A DNA stretch of 52,011 nucleotides, counting the filler, from Catajapyx aquilonaris (lineage: Eukaryota): NCBI GenBank assembly GCA_000934665.2. It is 2 parts of 2 records of this genome, joined end to end, with 100 filler letters (N's around TTAATTAATTAA, not from the genome) between each part and the next. Parts side by side here need not be neighbours in the genome. Positions count along the whole stretch, not along the records: positions 26,065 to 52,011 come from JYFJ02005286.1; 1 more part is not named here. The stretch is one strand, 5' to 3'. Below the pieces are notes generated by a model. That model was not told where the DNA came from and made no database searches. It was given only the letters and a program-made list of their open reading frames with translations. Position 1 is the stretch's first letter. Each line of letters begins with the position of its first letter. Positions 46,858-52,011 of this stretch are shown here, in pieces. Position numbers and translations under genes: made by a program.

Positions 46858-48564
46858 ATGGACACATCAGTCAACCTTGATTACTACAGGAAGATAGTTC
46901 AGACTTACATTGAGCGACAGCAGTACTCGTCCGCATTGTTTTGGGCAGACAAAGTCGCCGCATTTTCTCAAAACGATGCAGGAGACCTGTACTGGCTGGC
47001 CAAAACCATGATGCTTAGCGGACAGTACCACCGTGCCGCTCATCTGATCAAATCCCGTAAGCTACAGAAGGTCGACTTGAAATGCAGGCATTTGGCAGCC
47101 AAATGCATGTTGGAGGTGAAGGACTACGGAGAAGCACTTGACCTGTTGGATGTCTCGGAGGACATGAGCGTGAAGAGTAGAAGCGAGGTCTCCGATATTC
47201 CGGAAGAAACAGAGGATCCTAACATCACGAGCGCATTGTTATGCTTGAAGGGGCATGTGTACGAGGCCATGTCTAATCGCAGCCTAGCCGCAGACTGCTT
47301 CCGTGAGGCACTGCAGTATGACGTTAATTGTTTCGAAGCCTTTGAAGCGCTTGTGCAGCATCAAATGCTGACATTAGACGAAGAGAAGGAATTACTGCGC
47401 ACTCTACCGAAAAGTTCAAAGAGTACAGCTTTAGCCCGGTTTTTGTACGAAGACAAACTGAAGAAGTATGGAAAGCCGGCCAAAACGGTTATTCCAACAT
47501 CATTCGACATGCTCAAGTACAACTCGGATTTTCTTGTGAACCAAGCGGAGCGTCACTATTACAACTGCGAATACGACGAGAGCTGCAGGATCACACGCAA
47601 GGTTCTCAAGAAAGATCCGTTTCATAGCTCATGTCTTCCACTACATGTCAGCTGCCTCGTGGAGAAGAAGCAATCCAATGAGTTGTTCCAGTTGGCTCAT
47701 CAGTTGGTGGACTTGTATCCAGCGACTGCGTTTGCATGGTTCGCTGTTGGATGTTATTACTTGCTCGTAGGAAAGCACGATGCGGCTCGGATACATCTTA
47801 GCAAATCGACCGCGATTGACAAACTATTCGGACCTGCCTGGCTAGCATATGGACACTCATTTGCCGTTGAGAACGAACATGATCAAGCCATGGCAGCGTA
47901 TTTCAAAGCATCGCACCTCATGCAGGGATGCCACCTGCCGCTTCTGTACATCGGTCTGGAATGCGGATTGACAAACAACCTGAAATTGGCAGAGAAATTC
48001 TTCCAACAAGCTTTGGAGATTGCGCCTGAGGATCCGTTTGTTCTGCACGAAATGGGTGTGATTGCGTATCAAAATGAAGATTACGAAGATGCGGAACAAC
48101 ACTTCCAGCAAGCCTTGGCACAGTTGAAGTCGGTTCGTCAGATGACTTTAACTGAGAAGTGGGAGCCGCTGCTGAACAACTTAGGAAATGTCTCTCGTAA
48201 GCTCCGGAAGTATGAAGATGCCCTTCAGTATCACGAACAAGCTCTTGTCCTCGTTCCGCTGTCACCGTCGACATATTCATCCATCGGATTTGCGCATGCT
48301 ATGATGGGCAATCTGGAAGCTGCAGTTGACGCTTTCCACAAAGCTCTAGGCCTGAAAAGGAACGACATCTTCAGCACAACCATGCTAAATTCAGTCATTG
48401 AGCAATTAACGGAGGATACGCCACCATTTACCGGATCAGCTGACGACACCCCAGACACATCCGGGTTGCAGCACTCCGGCAGCACCAGCCGAGACGCTTC
48501 TAAGACCAGCGACTCCTCACCTGATGTATGTCAACTGAATCTGAAGAGCGTGAGTAGAGATTGA
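46858..48564 (+). CDS. CDC16: Anaphase-promoting complex subunit 6 / CDC16 homolog
   Basis: 568-aa single ORF: QQYSSALFWADKV, GQYHRAAHL, AERHYYNC, WFAVGCYY, FGPAWLAYGHSFAVENEHDQAMAAY, GCHLPLLYIGLE, EKWEPLLNNLG; a terminal intron at 48526-48612 is possible. Confidence 0.96.
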   Translation: MDTSVNLDYYRKIVQTYIERQQYSSALFWADKVAAFSQNDAGDLYWLAKTMMLSGQYHRAAHLIKSRKLQKVDLKCRHLAAKCMLEVKDYGEALDLLDVSEDMSVKSRSEVSDIPEETEDPNITSALLCLKGHVYEAMSNRSLAADCFREALQYDVNCFEAFEALVQHQMLTLDEEKELLRTLPKSSKSTALARFLYEDKLKKYGKPAKTVIPTSFDMLKYNSDFLVNQAERHYYNCEYDESCRITRKVLKKDPFHSSCLPLHVSCLVEKKQSNELFQLAHQLVDLYPATAFAWFAVGCYYLLVGKHDAARIHLSKSTAIDKLFGPAWLAYGHSFAVENEHDQAMAAYFKASHLMQGCHLPLLYIGLECGLTNNLKLAEKFFQQALEIAPEDPFVLHEMGVIAYQNEDYEDAEQHFQQALAQLKSVRQMTLTEKWEPLLNNLGNVSRKLRKYEDALQYHEQALVLVPLSPSTYSSIGFAHAMMGNLEAAVDAFHKALGLKRNDIFSTTMLNSVIEQLTEDTPPFTGSADDTPDTSGLQHSGSTSRDASKTSDSSPDVCQLNLKSVSRD

Positions 48565-48957
48565 ACTGACCAGCTTTGAAGCAGCATCTCATTGCTTCAA
48601 ATTATGTTACAGGTGTCGGACAGTCCTACAGAGCAATAGTGCCGGTTGGGCATTCATGAGCAGCGGAGGAAGTGAGGATTAAATCAGTATTCATCAGTTG
48701 GGGAGACAGACAGCGGCAAACCAAATGGTAAATATGCAATCTGTGTACAAGTAATGGAAAACCTATTTACTCCATTGCTTACTGATGTAATGGAAAAAAA
48801 TATTAACGATGTCATTTCATTTCAGGGTACACCTTTTCCGACCTGTACAGAGCCGCAATCTCCATTTGCACCATCTGAAGCTGATTACGCAAAGGTGAGT
48901 CAGGAAAGGGAAATGTTGGACATCTCTCATTAAAGTCATGCCTTTTTGTCCATGTGC

Positions 48958-49821
48958 AGATGCAAGTCATTGAACGACTTTCGCCTGGAGGGTCATGAAC
49001 TTATCCCCTGATTATTATTTTAAGCCCTGTCTCCCATTTGTAGAAGTTTGTCCTCAGAACAAATAATGAATCAATGCTGCCAGAGTTTGACAGTTATGTT
49101 GCAACGATGCTGGGTCCCATGTTGCTTATTCTGAATCTGGTGACCATGTTTAAATTTGATGATAGTTGGATTAGGATGTGTAATAAACGTGATGAATCAG
49201 ACTTGCAAAGATATTAATTAATTTGCCTTTGTAATGGGGAGATTGAGTAGGGCTGTCACAGAGCAGATAATTCCAACCCTGGCTGTAAATTATGCTAGCG
49301 GAGGATGTGCTTCTCCAGCCGAGCGTCTCAAGTCCAGAAGCTCAGTTTGTTTCCGTCTGCATCTTTGTACTTGGGTCAACAGAAACAGCTTGGATTTTAT
49401 TCTTGTGTATTACAATGTACGCAACAGGTATGTTAAAAAGTAACTTATTGTAGCATTTGCAGTGTTGCGCTAAATCTGACATGTAGTGTGGAAAATTATT
49501 AGATATTTGTTTTTTCTTCTTGCCAGTGCGGATTCAAACCAGAGTATTTTGGGCTCATAGAAGAACTGGAGATGCCCCTACCTGAAGTACAGATCCTTTG
49601 AAGCCGTAGCTTCCGGATGCCGCCAGCTGAGAGAGCTGACCTTGCACAACTGCAGCCAGGTCACAACTTACAGCATCCTGTGGTTCGTTATCGATTTCCC
49701 CGATATCAAGTCACTGGTCCTTAGAAATTGCTGCAAGCTTAAGCTCACAGCAAGTTAGATTAACAATATTGAAATGAACAGTGGAGTTCTCGTAGAGACA
49801 GATTATGTGCGTGGAAACTAG
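48958..49821 (+). pseudogene. Decayed LRR exons of an F-box/LRR gene
   Basis: SFEAVASGCRQLRELTLHNCSQVTTYSILWFVIDFPDIKSLVLRNC parallels the C-terminal LRRs of the intact gene at 34370-35702; upstream parts contain stops and frameshifts. Confidence 0.65.
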
Positions 49822-51576
49822 TGTTGCCTACAATTGAGCAGGTCTGTTTGAAATAATATGAGTTGGGCAGACAAATTTTGCAACAATTAATCGAAGGAAG
49901 GAATGTTTTTCAGCATTTTAAAAATCCTTCAATGAATACCTGTTACGATGATTTTAGGAATTATTCTGTGGAACCATTGCATAAACTCTTTTTATTTATC
50001 GTATGGATCTCTGGCCGACGCTGGAGCTTCAAGATTTGTAGCACTGACTGTCACGATGTACGCTACATGATCATGTTTAATTTGAATGCACTTTAAATGT
50101 AATAAATGTGATGAGGACTTGCAAAGAGTTTTGGTATTTTTGTTTTGTTTTGGATGCTTCAGTGACTTTGGCGATATTTGTTGGTAACATGTTGCTTACG
50201 TAAAGGTGCGTCATTACAAGGTGTACTTTAGTTGTAATTATTTTTAACCTCCTTATGCCTTGATGATCCGTCGTTGATGCCTCGCTCTCAAATGCACTCA
50301 AATGTCTCCAGCTGCCTGATTCACACTTTGAGCCCATCTTATCTGATTGCAAATATGGATTATTGACCAGTGGCGTGAGGTGATATGAACCGCAAGTGGT
50401 ATCTAGATAATTGTTATTTTCAACCTGTAAACACTTGAGAAGCTCCTTCAAGGACTTCCTCAAAGAATTATCAAACAGTCACCTGCCATTGCTTCGACCA
50501 GACCAAAGCCTTTCATCACGAATTATCTCTTCAGACCTAATCCACTTAAACTAACTTATGTTAGAGGTAATTTTCATGCAGAACCTCCTAGAATAACTTT
50601 CTTGTTCCACATTGGTGTCACAAACTCACTGTAAATCAAAATAAAATATATGCAATTGGGTGTTATGTAGGAACCTTTTCTTGGCAATCAATTCACAAGG
50701 GGTGATACTGTGTCCACAAGGCTGAGAGCATGTTGCACAATCTCACCTTGCGATGAGCCCTATAGTCATGGAGACTGATTAACACTCACAGTGTATCTTA
50801 TCTGACTGTTAGCACGGATTGAAGCCAGTCTAATGCCAGATGTATGAAGCGCAATTTAAGGTGCGCACACTTGACAAAAAAAAAAATTGTAATCCAATGA
50901 TTAAGTGCTTGTGCATGACGTCACACCTTGGACTCTAGCAGAAATGCCTGGCAGGAATTTCACATGATCAACACGCGATTATCCGATATGAAAGTAACAC
51001 AAACCGTATACACATCTTTAATTTGCAACGAGCAATCTTTGAGTGCACATCATTTCTTTCTGCGCAGAAGATCAGGATATTTTCAACTCAACCCTGCAAA
51101 TCTGCATAGAGCAGGTGAGAGGTTATTATTTTATCCTTACGTCTTGTCTTGCTCGTACATAGGTCCATATACCCATCACTAGGAGGGGGAAACACCATTA
51201 TTAGGATTTACAAAGGGTTGTGACATATTCTGCAATTTTGTGAATGATTTATTTAGAACTGACTTTGAATATTATTGCAGTTTTAAGGAGGATTATATGA
51301 AGCAATTCCTATTGTCATGTAAAATATTTGATAGTGTGCATGATTCGACATAGGGTTTGTGAGGAATTGATTTAGGATTTATCGATGTAACAATCAGAAT
51401 TTACTCCGCACCTTGTACTGTACAGTACATGTGCCACATTTGTGACACTGTTTCCACCTCCCATCAGAATCAATGATTTTTTAATCATTTTGTGCAGGGC
51501 AGCTGTGTAGCGTGTAGCCATCTCCAGGTGGACTCGAGGTATCCCTGCTGCAGTCTTAACCAAACAATCCAGGGAA

Positions 51577-52011
51577 ATGGCATCAGCAGTAGAAGAGAAG
51601 GACAGGAAGAGCGAGCTGCACGTAGCAGCAGAAGGAGGGGATTTCAAGATGGTGGAGTTGCTCCTCCAACGAGGTGAAGACGTGAACATCCGAACGGATT
51701 TCCTTCGCCGGACCCCACTCATTTTGGCTGCGAGGGCTCCCTTCCTCGGGGTCTGCGAGATGCTGCTGTCACACTCTCAGTGTGACGCCAATGCCCAAGA
51801 CGAGTTGGGCAGATCGGCTCTGCACGAAGCGGCGGAGAAAGGCAGCGTGCACATATGCCGTCTTCTGCTGGACCCTGGTGCACAGGTGGACATCCGAACC
51901 AACGATGGGTTCACTCCCTTACACCTAGCGGCCAGGGCTGGTCATCTGATGGTGGCCAAACTCCTGGCCCAGAAGGGAGCTGACCTTTTGGCCAAGACTA
52001 AGGATGGAAAG
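51577..52011 (+). CDS. Ankyrin-repeat protein, N-terminal part (runs off the window)
   Basis: MASAVEEKDRKSELHVAAEGG...RTPLILAA...GRSALHEAA...GFTPLHLAARAGH: four ankyrin repeats, open to the window end; acceptor at 51497. Confidence 0.9.
   Translation, partial: MASAVEEKDRKSELHVAAEGGDFKMVELLLQRGEDVNIRTDFLRRTPLILAARAPFLGVCEMLLSHSQCDANAQDELGRSALHEAAEKGSVHICRLLLDPGAQVDIRTNDGFTPLHLAARAGHLMVAKLLAQKGADLLAKTKDGK

Noticed and set aside
50077..50463. 128-aa minus-strand ORF as a gene
   Set aside because: No recognisable motif or supported exon chain.
998..52011. Dicer plus TPR/F-box genes as one physically linked antiviral locus
   Set aside because: They are separated by an artificial linker; there is no evidence of real adjacency or co-regulation.

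Overview
Eukaryotic, arthropod-like genomic DNA (spliceosomal introns, a divergent ionotropic receptor, DRE-like motifs). It is split by an artificial 100-nt N/TTAATTAATTAA/N linker at 25965-26064, so the two halves may not be contiguous. Left half: the last 10 exons (about 1071 codons, 998-19961) of an intact Dicer-2-like gene (DUF283, PAZ, RNase IIIa, RNase IIIb, dsRBD). Its introns and 3' flank are packed with nested MITEs, foldback elements, SINEs, two 5'-truncated LINEs with target-site duplications (TSDs) and an Academ-like remnant. Right half: a disrupted ionotropic receptor; a tandem segmental duplication carrying two TPR genes with 3 versus 14 highly similar 42-aa repeats; one intact and several decayed F-box/LRR genes; cyclin K; a near-intronless CDC16/APC6 sitting inside a duplicated F-box/LRR gene unit; and the start of an ankyrin-repeat gene. 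Most interesting: the hypervariable TPR array within an F-box/LRR/ankyrin cluster, the CDC16 promoter-capture chimera, a 3' RNA structure shared by the LINEs and SINEs, and an in-frame TGA-C in the receptor. All calls were made by eye; no database searches were run.
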